Shown here piece by piece: positions 1 through 7,659 of a stretch of DNA of 64,000 nucleotides (the first letter of the stretch is position 1; each line of letters opens with the position of its first letter). The DNA is taken from NCBI GenBank assembly GCA_015065085.1, contig SVQW01000007.1, positions 991 to 64,990 of the forward strand, read 5' to 3'. Source of the DNA: Oscillospiraceae bacterium. Lineage in GTDB: Bacteria > Bacillota > Clostridia > Oscillospirales > SIG627. Position numbers and translations under genes: made by a program. The notes beneath the pieces are model-generated. The model saw nothing but the letters and a program-made list of their open reading frames with translations, had not been told where the DNA came from and ran no database searches.

Positions 1-1
1 A

Positions 2-421
2 ACTCTGGGCTCTACCAAGGAAGCGGGTCCCGTTGCAGTGCGTATGGATGAAAATCTGCGTGCCGACCGTACAGGAACCATTGAGGATTCACATGGCGGT
101 ATCAATGAGGACGAAATCTGGATGAAGCGCTCCTTCTTCTGCGATTACTACGGCAAAACCACAAACGGATTTACCTACGGTGTTGCTCTGCTTGATAATC
201 CCGACAACGACACTTACCCCTCCTACTGGCACTCCCGTAACTACGGTCTGTATGCCCCCAATAACTTCTATATCGGCGGTGACAGAGTGATAAAAGATGG
301 CGAAAGCATGACCTTTAAGTACCGTTGCATTGTTCACCGCGGTACTACTGCGGAGGCAGGAATTCAGGATCAGTTCAACTACTACGTTGCAGGTCCCAAG
401 TGCGAGTTTGTACCCGACTGA
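2..421 (+). CDS. C-terminal part of a PmoA-family (DUF6807-like) protein; 5' end outside the window
   Basis: The frame is open from nt 2 (no stop before the listed Met at 38), with the stop at 419-421. The motif YPSYWHSRNYGLYAPNNF resembles the W-H-x-R-x-Y-G-L-x-A-x-N core I recall for Pfam PmoA (PF14100). The family call is from memory only. Confidence 0.4.
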   Translation, partial: TLGSTKEAGPVAVRMDENLRADRTGTIEDSHGGINEDEIWMKRSFFCDYYGKTTNGFTYGVALLDNPDNDTYPSYWHSRNYGLYAPNNFYIGGDRVIKDGESMTFKYRCIVHRGTTAEAGIQDQFNYYVAGPKCEFVPD

Positions 422-571
422 CTGACAAAGGCGTTCAGCTCAATAAGGTCATTTTTTAAAAGCAAATAAAAATTGCAGGAGCTTAAAGAGCAGGGTTGCT
501 AAGGACAGTTATCTTTAATATAAACGAAATTTGGCACACAAAATTCCTGCTTGCAACAGTATACGACAAAA

Positions 572-620
572 CTACCCGAAGAAGAGAAAACAAAGCTCTT
601 TTCCGGGTAGTATTTTTTTA
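572..620 (+). terminator. Rho-independent terminator candidate downstream of the PmoA-like gene
   Basis: CTACCCG (572-578) pairs with CGGGTAG (604-610). The stem extends through AGAAGAG/CTCTTTT with one mismatch and is followed by TATTTTTTTA (611-620). Confidence 0.55.
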
Positions 621-624
621 TATC

Positions 625-808
625 GTGATATTCTGTGCCTTTCGCACAGAGTGATATTTCCCATTCGGGAAGTGATATTGAAATCTTGCGATTTCAGTGT
701 TATTTTATTCGCCATAAACTGCCGGAGGCAATATCTATCACTGCGAAGCAATAAAACTCGCCGTAAGGCGAATAAAACTGCCCAAGTGTCCTTGAGAACA
801 CTTGGGCA
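625..808. repeat. Array of six different short hairpins punctuated by conserved linkers (GTGATATT x3, GTGTTATT x1, ATAAAAC x2)
   Basis: GTGATATT occurs at 625, 651 and 672, and GTGTTATT at 697. The first three octamers are each followed directly by a different self-complementary insert: CTGTGC/GCACAG, TCCC/GGGA and GAAATC/GATTTC. After the variant octamer come TGCC-GGA-GGCA (720-730), then ATAAAAC at 751 and 772, each followed by a hairpin. Confidence 0.6.
771..808 (-). terminator. Rho-independent terminator candidate for the 12-gene minus-strand operon
   Basis: An 11-bp stem, TGCCCAAGTGT (779-789) / ACACTTGGGCA (798-808), lies 27 nt after the transporter stop. On the minus strand it is followed by GTTTTATT. 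Confidence 0.55.
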
Positions 809-834
809 ACTCCTGCAATTTTTTTATTTTTAAA

Positions 835-2076
835 TCAGAACAATATTATTAAGAACTGTGAAACCAACACCACCGCGATAAGTGCGATGGGATAGGTTGC
901 GGCATAAGCCGCGGCAACGTCCTCGGTACCTGCGACATTGATAAGTGTGCCCAGTGCGGGAGTACTTGTCATACCGCCGGTGATAGAGCCCAAATTGTTG
1001 AAAAGGCTGAGCTTGAGCACATATTTTGCAAAGATAAAACCGATAATCATGGGGAATATGGTCATTATCGCGCCGTAGATAAAGTACATGGGGTCAAAGT
1101 ATTCAATGAACTTTGCACCGCCTGCAACACCTGCGCCGATAAGGAACAGCATAAGACCCAATTCACGGAACACCTTGAGAGTGTGCTCGTCGGGCATAAG
1201 GCTTATTTTGCCTATTCTGCCGAAGTGACCGAATATAAGGGCAACCAAAAGACATCCGCCTGTGGTGGTAAGGCTGAAGGTAGTGCCGGAAAGGCCGTTT
1301 GCGGTAAGGGGGATTTTGATCATACCCACAAATATACCTACAATAGCCGCAAGTGCAAATGCGCAAAATCCGAAGCCGTCAAGGTGAATGAGCTTGCCTG
1401 CGTATGCTTTCTTTTCGGCACCGTCGCTGGCGATGGTGAGTTTTTCACGCTCTTCTGCCATGTTTGCACGGCAGAACTTGGGGACCAGCTGTACAAAGAG
1501 AACAACACCCAATACACCGAAAATGTAGGCTATGCCGTGTCCTACCGAAACCGCATTTTCATAAATGGGGTTAACAGTGTCCTTTGCTGCACTGAATGCC
1601 GGGGTGGAGGTAAGGGAGCCCGACAAAAGACCTACTACCATAGCGGTGAATTCCTCGTGATTTGCTTCACCCAATGCGCGTCCTGCGTAAATACATCCGA
1701 CAGCCGAGATACCGCCTGCTATAATGATGATAAGACCCAGAAGAACATAGGATTTGAAGTTTTTCTTCATGTTGCTGAAGAACTTGGGACCTGCAATGAA
1801 GCCTACCGAGGTAACAAACAGGATAAGTCCCAGGTTTTCAATTATTTTAAGAGCATTGGTGGTGTAAGAAACGGAGCTTGTAACAAGCTGTGCATCAAGC
1901 TGCTTGTAGAAAAGGCATCCGAAAACAAGGGCAACGATAAATACGCCCGCAGTACCGAGCGAGACACCTTTTATGGTGATTCTTCCTAATGCATAGCCTG
2001 CCGCTGCAATGGCAAGCACGCAGAACATCAGAAAAGAAATGCCGGTTATGGAGATTACTCCGCCGAATAAAGTCAT
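835..2076 (-). CDS. AAE-family (AspT/YidE/YbjL/SucE-type) transporter, short form without RCK_C domains; putative dicarboxylate exporter
   Basis: A polytopic membrane protein made of two homologous halves, with the C-terminal motif GSITGGMTSTPALG. I placed the start at the internal Met (MTLFGGVISITG) because AAGGGGGAAATCATA precedes the ATG at 2076 and the upstream gene ends at 2090. Confidence 0.7.
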   Translation of the reverse strand: MTLFGGVISITGISFLMFCVLAIAAAGYALGRITIKGVSLGTAGVFIVALVFGCLFYKQLDAQLVTSSVSYTTNALKIIENLGLILFVTSVGFIAGPKFFSNMKKNFKSYVLLGLIIIIAGGISAVGCIYAGRALGEANHEEFTAMVVGLLSGSLTSTPAFSAAKDTVNPIYENAVSVGHGIAYIFGVLGVVLFVQLVPKFCRANMAEEREKLTIASDGAEKKAYAGKLIHLDGFGFCAFALAAIVGIFVGMIKIPLTANGLSGTTFSLTTTGGCLLVALIFGHFGRIGKISLMPDEHTLKVFRELGLMLFLIGAGVAGGAKFIEYFDPMYFIYGAIMTIFPMIIGFIFAKYVLKLSLFNNLGSITGGMTSTPALGTLINVAGTEDVAAAYAATYPIALIAVVLVSQFLIILF

Positions 2077-2089
2077 TATGATTTCCCCC

Positions 2090-3688
2090 TTAGTGTTTTC
2101 TGGTGTAATCGGGGAGAAGCTTGGGAGATACGGCGTCGGTAGCGATGCCTGCGCTCTCGATTTCTGCCTCGAACTTAGCAATGTGGTCAAGTGTGAGCTT
2201 GCCTACCTTAACATCCTTGCACTTAGCCGCCGCGCTCTTACCTGCACCGCGTCCGAATACGATGATGTCAAGAAGCGAGTTACCCATCAGACGGTTTCTG
2301 CCGTGGATACCGCCCACAGCCTCACCTGCTACAAACAGATTTTCAACATTGGTGGTCATGCCGTCGGGAGTGATGTCAAGACCGCCGTTCTGGTAGTGCA
2401 GAGTGGGGTATACGATGATAGGCTCTTTGCGGATGTCGATACCGTATTTGCCGAACATACGCATCATTGCGGGGATTCTCTTTTCGATAGTGCCTTCGCC
2501 ACCTATCTTTTCAATCATGGGAGTGTCCAGCCATACACCCAGGCCGCTTCCTGTTTCAACGCCGTTTTTACGGTCGTTGCACTCGCGGATAATGGAAGCC
2601 GCCGCAACGTCACGGGTTTCAAGGGGATGAACGAAAACCTCGCCCTTGCAGTTTATAAGCTTTGCGCCCAGAGAACGAACCTTTTCGGTAACCAGTGCAC
2701 CGAAAATCTGCTCGGGGTATGCCGCACCTGTGGGATGATACTGCAGAGTTTCAGCATAAAGCAGAGAAGCACCTGCTCTGTAACCCAGCACCAATCCGTC
2801 GGCGGTTGCACCGTAGTGGTTGGAGGTGGGGAAGCCCTGGTAGTGCATACGTCCTGCACCGCCGGTAGCGATTATAACGGTTTTAGCCTTTGCTACCATA
2901 AGCTCTTTTGTTTCCATATTCATAAGCACTGCGCCTGCCGCCTTGCCGTTTTCGTCAAGTATAAGCTCGATTGCCGCAGTGAAATCTACAACGGGAATTT
3001 CGCGGTTTAAAACCTCGTCGCGCAGGGTACGCATGATTTCCGCACCGGAATAGTCCTTTGCGGCATGCATACGCTTGCGGGATGTACCGCCGCCATGGGT
3101 GGTAATCATGTTGCCCTCGGCGTCCTTGTCAAACTCAACACCCAATTCGCTCAGCCATGCGATTGCATCGGGAGCGTCACAAACCAGCTTGGAAAGCAGG
3201 TCACGCTTTGCGGCAAAGTGACCGCCGCCGAAAGCGTCTACAAAATGGATTGCGGGAGAGTCATTGGGCTTGTCAGCCGCCTGAATACCGCCCTCCGCCA
3301 TCATTGTATTGGCATCGCCTATGCGAAGCTTTGTAACTATCATAACATTTGCGCCTGCTTCGTGAGCCTCAATGGCTGCGGAAGAGCCTGCACCGCCTCC
3401 GCCGATGATGAGTACGTCAACATCGTAGGTGGGACTTGAAAGGTCGATGTCCTCTGCCTTTATGCGGGCATGAGCCTGCAGCATTTCTGCCAGTTCCTTG
3501 GGCACCTTCTGACCCTTGTTGGGACCGATTTTGAGTTCTTCAAACTCGTCTGCCTTGTAGTCGGGGTGATAAGCCTTAAGAAGGTCTTCCTTCTGCTGAG
3601 CCGTCATGCGCTGAGGCTCGTAAGCAATATTGGCATCTCTTGCGGCTTCAACCGCTTTGAGGGAATCCATCAGATTTTCAGAATACAT
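2090..3688 (-). CDS. Fumarate reductase/succinate dehydrogenase-type flavoprotein (FrdA/TfrA-like, soluble, non-covalent FAD predicted)
   Basis: GxGxxG (VLIIGGGGAGSSAA) follows an N-terminal extension of about 95 aa. FrdA/SdhA-like motifs are present: TSNHYGATADG, LVTEKVRSLGA, LQYHPTG and GRNRLMGNSLLDIIVFGR. The position of the covalent-FAD His reads N-T. RBS AAGGAGG. Confidence 0.8.
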   Translation of the reverse strand: MYSENLMDSLKAVEAARDANIAYEPQRMTAQQKEDLLKAYHPDYKADEFEELKIGPNKGQKVPKELAEMLQAHARIKAEDIDLSSPTYDVDVLIIGGGGAGSSAAIEAHEAGANVMIVTKLRIGDANTMMAEGGIQAADKPNDSPAIHFVDAFGGGHFAAKRDLLSKLVCDAPDAIAWLSELGVEFDKDAEGNMITTHGGGTSRKRMHAAKDYSGAEIMRTLRDEVLNREIPVVDFTAAIELILDENGKAAGAVLMNMETKELMVAKAKTVIIATGGAGRMHYQGFPTSNHYGATADGLVLGYRAGASLLYAETLQYHPTGAAYPEQIFGALVTEKVRSLGAKLINCKGEVFVHPLETRDVAAASIIRECNDRKNGVETGSGLGVWLDTPMIEKIGGEGTIEKRIPAMMRMFGKYGIDIRKEPIIVYPTLHYQNGGLDITPDGMTTNVENLFVAGEAVGGIHGRNRLMGNSLLDIIVFGRGAGKSAAAKCKDVKVGKLTLDHIAKFEAEIESAGIATDAVSPKLLPDYTRKH

Positions 3689-3702
3689 TGTCAGCCGCCT
3701 CC

Positions 3703-4377
3703 TTATTTCTCAATCTCTCTGGTGTTGTAAAGCTCTTTGATTTCGTCAATGGGCTTTTGCATAAGCGCTTCGATAAGCTCGGTAAAGGTACCGTCCTTGA
3801 TTTCCTTTACGCGGTCCTCGAGGTGGTCGCACTTGGGAGCAAGGTATTTACCGTTGAGACGGCGGGCAAGCATTGCAACCTGGGGATGAGAAATACCCGC
3901 AGGGCATCTGGCGGAGCAAACACCGCACATTACGCAGTCAAAGGATTCCTCGGCGCACTTTTCGTATTCACCGCGCTGAGCGTAAGCGATGTACTGCATT
4001 ACATTAAGCTCCTGAGTACAGCTCTTGGTGCAGGCGTTACAGCCGATACAAGCGTAAATCTCAGGGTAAAGCTGCATCATTATCTGCTCGGTGGGCTTGA
4101 TTTTTTCCATATCGTAAACCTGTTTTACCAGCGGGAAGAAGGGCAGGGTTGCGATATACATATCGTTTTCAACCTTGGTCTGGCAGGCAAGACAGCTCTT
4201 TAATTCTCTGTCGCCCTTGATTCTGTAAATGGTGGCACATGCACCGCAGAAGCCGTTACGGCATCCGCAGCCGCGAACCAGCTGATAGCCGGCATATTCC
4301 ATCGCGTTCATTATAGTCAGATTGTCCGGAACTTCATATTTTTTTCCGAACAGAAATATATTAACCATATTTTCCAT
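3703..4377 (-). CDS. FrdB/SdhB-like iron-sulfur protein ([2Fe-2S] N-domain plus two Cys-cluster motifs)
   Basis: GCGCRNGFCGACA...C at the N-terminus is plant-type 2Fe-2S-like. It is followed by CIGCNACTKSC and CVMCGVCSARCP. RBS AAGGGGGAA. Confidence 0.75.
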   Translation of the reverse strand: MENMVNIFLFGKKYEVPDNLTIMNAMEYAGYQLVRGCGCRNGFCGACATIYRIKGDRELKSCLACQTKVENDMYIATLPFFPLVKQVYDMEKIKPTEQIMMQLYPEIYACIGCNACTKSCTQELNVMQYIAYAQRGEYEKCAEESFDCVMCGVCSARCPAGISHPQVAMLARRLNGKYLAPKCDHLEDRVKEIKDGTFTELIEALMQKPIDEIKELYNTREIEK

Positions 4378-4394
4378 GTTAATTTCCCCCTTTA

Positions 4395-5228
4395 TTAATA
4401 TTCGTCAGGAAGCTCTTCCAGCTCATCGCATCTGAATACAGGACCATCCTTGCAAACATACTTTGCACCGATGTTGCATCTTCCGCACTTGCCGATACCG
4501 CATTTCATTTTCAGCTCCATGGTGGTGTAAACCTGGGTTTTGTCGAAGCCCAGTGACATAAGACCGTCCAAGGTGAACTTAATCATAATGGGAGGTCCGC
4601 ATATGATGGCGGTTTTGGTGGTGTCAAAGCCCAGCTCCTTGACGTAGTTGGGAACAAAGCCTACATGGCCGTCCCAGCCCTCCTGCTCGCGGTCGATGGT
4701 GAGGTGAACGTCAATTCCATCATCCTTGAGCCACTCATTGAGTATCTCATCGTAATCCACGAGGTCGTCCTTGCTTCTGGAGCCGTAAACTATATCGATT
4801 TTGCCGTAGCGGTCGCGGTAGTGACGGCAGTAGTTAATTACAGAGCGAAGCGGTGCAAGACCGATACCGCCCGCGATGAATAACAGGTCTTTTCCTGCAA
4901 AAACGTCATCAACGGGGAAGTTTTTGCCGTAAGGTCCGCGGATGGTTATCTGCTGACCGACTGTCGCCTGATGTAACCATTCGGTGACACATCCGCATTT
5001 TTTGATGGAAAATTCCATAAATTCCGTATTGGTGGGAGATGAGGTTATGGAGAACATCGCCTCGCCTACGCCGGGGATGGAAAGCATTGCACACTGACCG
5101 GGCATATGCTCAAACGCCTTTTTTCCGTCGGGTGTTACCACGCGGAAGGTCTTGACATCGGGAGTGTCCATGCGTATGTCGGTGATAACGCCGACTTTGG
5201 GAATGAGTGCTTCGGTGCGGTTATTCAT
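4395..5228 (-). CDS. FAD/NAD(P)-binding oxidoreductase with C-terminal [2Fe-2S] (AsrB / sulfhydrogenase-gamma / FlxA-like)
   Basis: It has the ferredoxin-reductase-type layout, with GLAPL in the NAD-binding region and the C-terminal motif CGIGKCGRCNIG...C. It overlaps the upstream gene by 8 nt. Confidence 0.75.
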   Translation of the reverse strand: MNNRTEALIPKVGVITDIRMDTPDVKTFRVVTPDGKKAFEHMPGQCAMLSIPGVGEAMFSITSSPTNTEFMEFSIKKCGCVTEWLHQATVGQQITIRGPYGKNFPVDDVFAGKDLLFIAGGIGLAPLRSVINYCRHYRDRYGKIDIVYGSRSKDDLVDYDEILNEWLKDDGIDVHLTIDREQEGWDGHVGFVPNYVKELGFDTTKTAIICGPPIMIKFTLDGLMSLGFDKTQVYTTMELKMKCGIGKCGRCNIGAKYVCKDGPVFRCDELEELPDEY

Positions 5229-6246
5229 CAGCCTTACCTCCTAATTTCTTCATAACCTTGACAATGTTCATGGAAATGGGGCATTTATTCAGACAACGTC
5301 CGCAGCCCACACAGCTGAACATGCCGTCATTGTTTTCGGGGTAGTAAACCAGCTTGTGCATAAAGCGCTGACGGAAGCGTTCAAGCTGAGAGTTTCGGGA
5401 GTTGCCGTGTGCCATTTTGGTGAAATCGGAGTACATGCAGGAATCCCAGCAACGGTATCTGATTACGCCCTTACCCGTTTTGAAGTCCTTTATATCGTAG
5501 CACTGGCAGGTGGGGCATACAAATGTACATGTACCGCATCCCAGACAGCTTTCGCTCAGCTCCTTCCACTCGGGAGCATTAAAGAATTTATCCGTCTTGC
5601 CTGCACCGAAAGCATCGGCTTTCAGGTCTGCAAGAGGAAGCTTTTTCATTATTTCACGGGTTTTTGCCTGACTTTCCTTAACGGCACTGTCATCTGCCGT
5701 CTCGGTAACGCTTTCTATAAGCGCCAATGCCTTTTCACCCTTTTCGGTGTTGGCGTTGAAGTACATATATCCGTCACATTTCCACATGGAAACATCGCCC
5801 ATGGGGTTTGCCGCATCAATTCCGAAGGTCTGACAGAAGCAGGTTTCTCCGGGACGGCTGCACGCCAGAGAGAAGATTATGCCGTGCTCACGGCGGGTGG
5901 CGTAGTAGCTGTCGTAAGGCTCGGTGAGGAATACGCGATCAAGTACGTCAAAGCTCTTTACATCGCAGGCGCGTACGCCGAATACGATGAAGTCCTCGCT
6001 TTCCTTACGGGTGTCTATAATTTCTATGTTTGTACCCTCGGTTTTGAATTCCATCAGGTTTTCGCTCTGGGGGAAGAAGAAATCCTTGGGGCTGCGGTTG
6101 GTGTTGAGCGCCCCCGACATTTGAGTGCCTTTTTCCCACTGTTTATATTCCGCGCCTGCCTCAGCGTCTACGGGGAGATACAGCGTCATGGCGTCACTGA
6201 GCTTTTCAAAAACCGCTTCAAGAGATGTGAGTGAACACTTACGCAT
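5221..6246 (-). CDS. 4Fe-4S protein of the AsrA / sulfhydrogenase-beta / FlxB-like type
   Basis: Motifs CLGCGTCTFVCPTCQCYD...RCWDSC...CVGCGRCLNKCP. I chose the start at the ATG at 6246 (9 nt after AAGGAGAG). The ATG at 6252 is an alternative, and the longer ORF-track start at 6336 lies inside the upstream gene. Confidence 0.7.
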   Translation of the reverse strand: MRKCSLTSLEAVFEKLSDAMTLYLPVDAEAGAEYKQWEKGTQMSGALNTNRSPKDFFFPQSENLMEFKTEGTNIEIIDTRKESEDFIVFGVRACDVKSFDVLDRVFLTEPYDSYYATRREHGIIFSLACSRPGETCFCQTFGIDAANPMGDVSMWKCDGYMYFNANTEKGEKALALIESVTETADDSAVKESQAKTREIMKKLPLADLKADAFGAGKTDKFFNAPEWKELSESCLGCGTCTFVCPTCQCYDIKDFKTGKGVIRYRCWDSCMYSDFTKMAHGNSRNSQLERFRQRFMHKLVYYPENNDGMFSCVGCGRCLNKCPISMNIVKVMKKLGGKADE

Positions 6247-7234
6247 TTTCATTCTCTCCTTTCGCAAGGGCATCTGCCGCTTCAATGTCGTTAAGGGTGT
6301 AATCGATAAGCGGTGCACGGCTTCCTGCCTCGGCACCTGCCTGATAGTCGCCGTAGAAGGAATTGATGTCCTTTATGAACTTGCGGTTGAGAAGATGCAG
6401 AGGAATGGACTGGGGACAAACGCGGGAGCATTCTCCGCAGTCGGTACATCTTCCCGCAACGTGGAATGCGCGTATAATATGGAACATTTTTTCTTCAAAG
6501 CTGTCGGAAATCGCCTTGTTTTCAACACCCGATTCGGGGTTGTCAAATACGCACTTTTCGCAGGTGCAGGCAGGACATACGTTACGGCAGGCGTTGCAAC
6601 GGATGCAACGGGATAATTCGTTCTGCCAGAATGCGAATTTTTCGTCGGGGGTCAGCTTTTCAAGACGTGCCACCTCGTCAAAGCGCGCACTGTCAATAAC
6701 CTCGCCGTCCTCGCCTATCAGCTCGTCGTATGCCACATGCTTTTTGCTCTTGCACACACGGCATCTTTCGGCGATAACGTCACTGAACTTCACGGTTTTT
6801 ACACCGTCGTAAAGAGTTTCGATGTTGAGATTTTCGCCCTCACAGGTGATTTTCACAATACCGTCGGCAAGCTTTTTAACCGTTTCGGTATCAGCCATGC
6901 CCTCGCAGGGGATACCCACGATGTATACCTTTTCACGGGGGATTCTGTGCTCGGTTACAAGCTGATTGAAGCTGTATGTATCGCAGGGCTTGAGGAACAC
7001 AAGGATTTTGCCCTCAACCTTCGAGGTGAGATTTATAAGGTATTTTGAAAGGTTTGCACCGCAGAAATCTCCGAATACAAAATCCTTCTTTATTTCGTCA
7101 CAGCTCTCGAAAAAGCCGGGAGTGACATCATATGCAAACTCACCGTTTTTCCAGCCCACAACACACTGAACAGTGCCGTTTTCCATAAGCTCGCAGGCTT
7201 TAGCTATGAGCATATCGGTTGTTATTTTTTGCAT
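6239..7234 (-). CDS. Iron-sulfur protein (FlxC / FrhB-related, 4Fe-4S dicluster)
   Basis: Motifs CIRCNACRNVCPACTCEKC and CTDCGECSRVCP. It sits between MvhD-like and AsrA-like genes and overlaps both neighbours. Confidence 0.6.
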   Translation of the reverse strand: MQKITTDMLIAKACELMENGTVQCVVGWKNGEFAYDVTPGFFESCDEIKKDFVFGDFCGANLSKYLINLTSKVEGKILVFLKPCDTYSFNQLVTEHRIPREKVYIVGIPCEGMADTETVKKLADGIVKITCEGENLNIETLYDGVKTVKFSDVIAERCRVCKSKKHVAYDELIGEDGEVIDSARFDEVARLEKLTPDEKFAFWQNELSRCIRCNACRNVCPACTCEKCVFDNPESGVENKAISDSFEEKMFHIIRAFHVAGRCTDCGECSRVCPQSIPLHLLNRKFIKDINSFYGDYQAGAEAGSRAPLIDYTLNDIEAADALAKGENENA

Positions 7235-7659
7235 CTTAAGTCCTCCAATCTCTTGTTTTCACCCAGTGCGGCAACAGCCTCGGTAAACTCGTTCATGGTC
7301 GCCGCGAATTTAGCACCCTCGGCGGCAGAGACCCATTCCACACGGGTACGCTCTTTTTCTATGCCCAGATATTCAAGCATGGAGAACAAAAGAGCCATTC
7401 TTCGTCTTGTATAGTAGTTGCCGGAGGTGTAGTGGCAGTCACCGGGATGGCATCCGCAAAGAATTACGCCGTCGGCACCGCGCTGAAATGCGCGAAGTAT
7501 AAACATGGGGTTTACGCGGCAGGAGCAGGGAACTTTTATGATTTTGACATTTTCGGGATAAGCCAGTCGGTTGTTTCCCGCAAGGTCAGCGCCTGCGTAA
7601 GAGCACCAGTTACAGCAGAAAGCCACAATCAGAGGCTTGTATTCACCGTTTATTTGCAT
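7222..7659 (-). CDS. MvhD/FlxD-type hydrogenase-delta-like iron-sulfur protein
   Basis: FCCNWCSYAGADLAG...VPCSCRV...CGCHPGDCHY is the pattern I recognise for the MvhD/FlpD family. It overlaps the hdrA stop by 10 nt. Confidence 0.85.
   Translation of the reverse strand: MQINGEYKPLIVAFCCNWCSYAGADLAGNNRLAYPENVKIIKVPCSCRVNPMFILRAFQRGADGVILCGCHPGDCHYTSGNYYTRRRMALLFSMLEYLGIEKERTRVEWVSAAEGAKFAATMNEFTEAVAALGENKRLEDLRCKK

Noticed and set aside
625-808. I asked whether the octamer/hairpin array (625-808) or the heptamer repeats (10865-10899, 35783-35810) are CRISPR arrays.
   Set aside because: The repeats are only 7-8 nt, the so-called spacers are 13-18 nt and self-complementary, and no cas genes are present. 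This does not match CRISPR geometry.
531-833. A 100-aa plus-strand ORF covering the 421-835 spacer.
   Set aside because: It has a non-ATG start and no RBS. It reads straight through the terminator and the hairpin array, so the frame is open only because of the AT-rich repeats.
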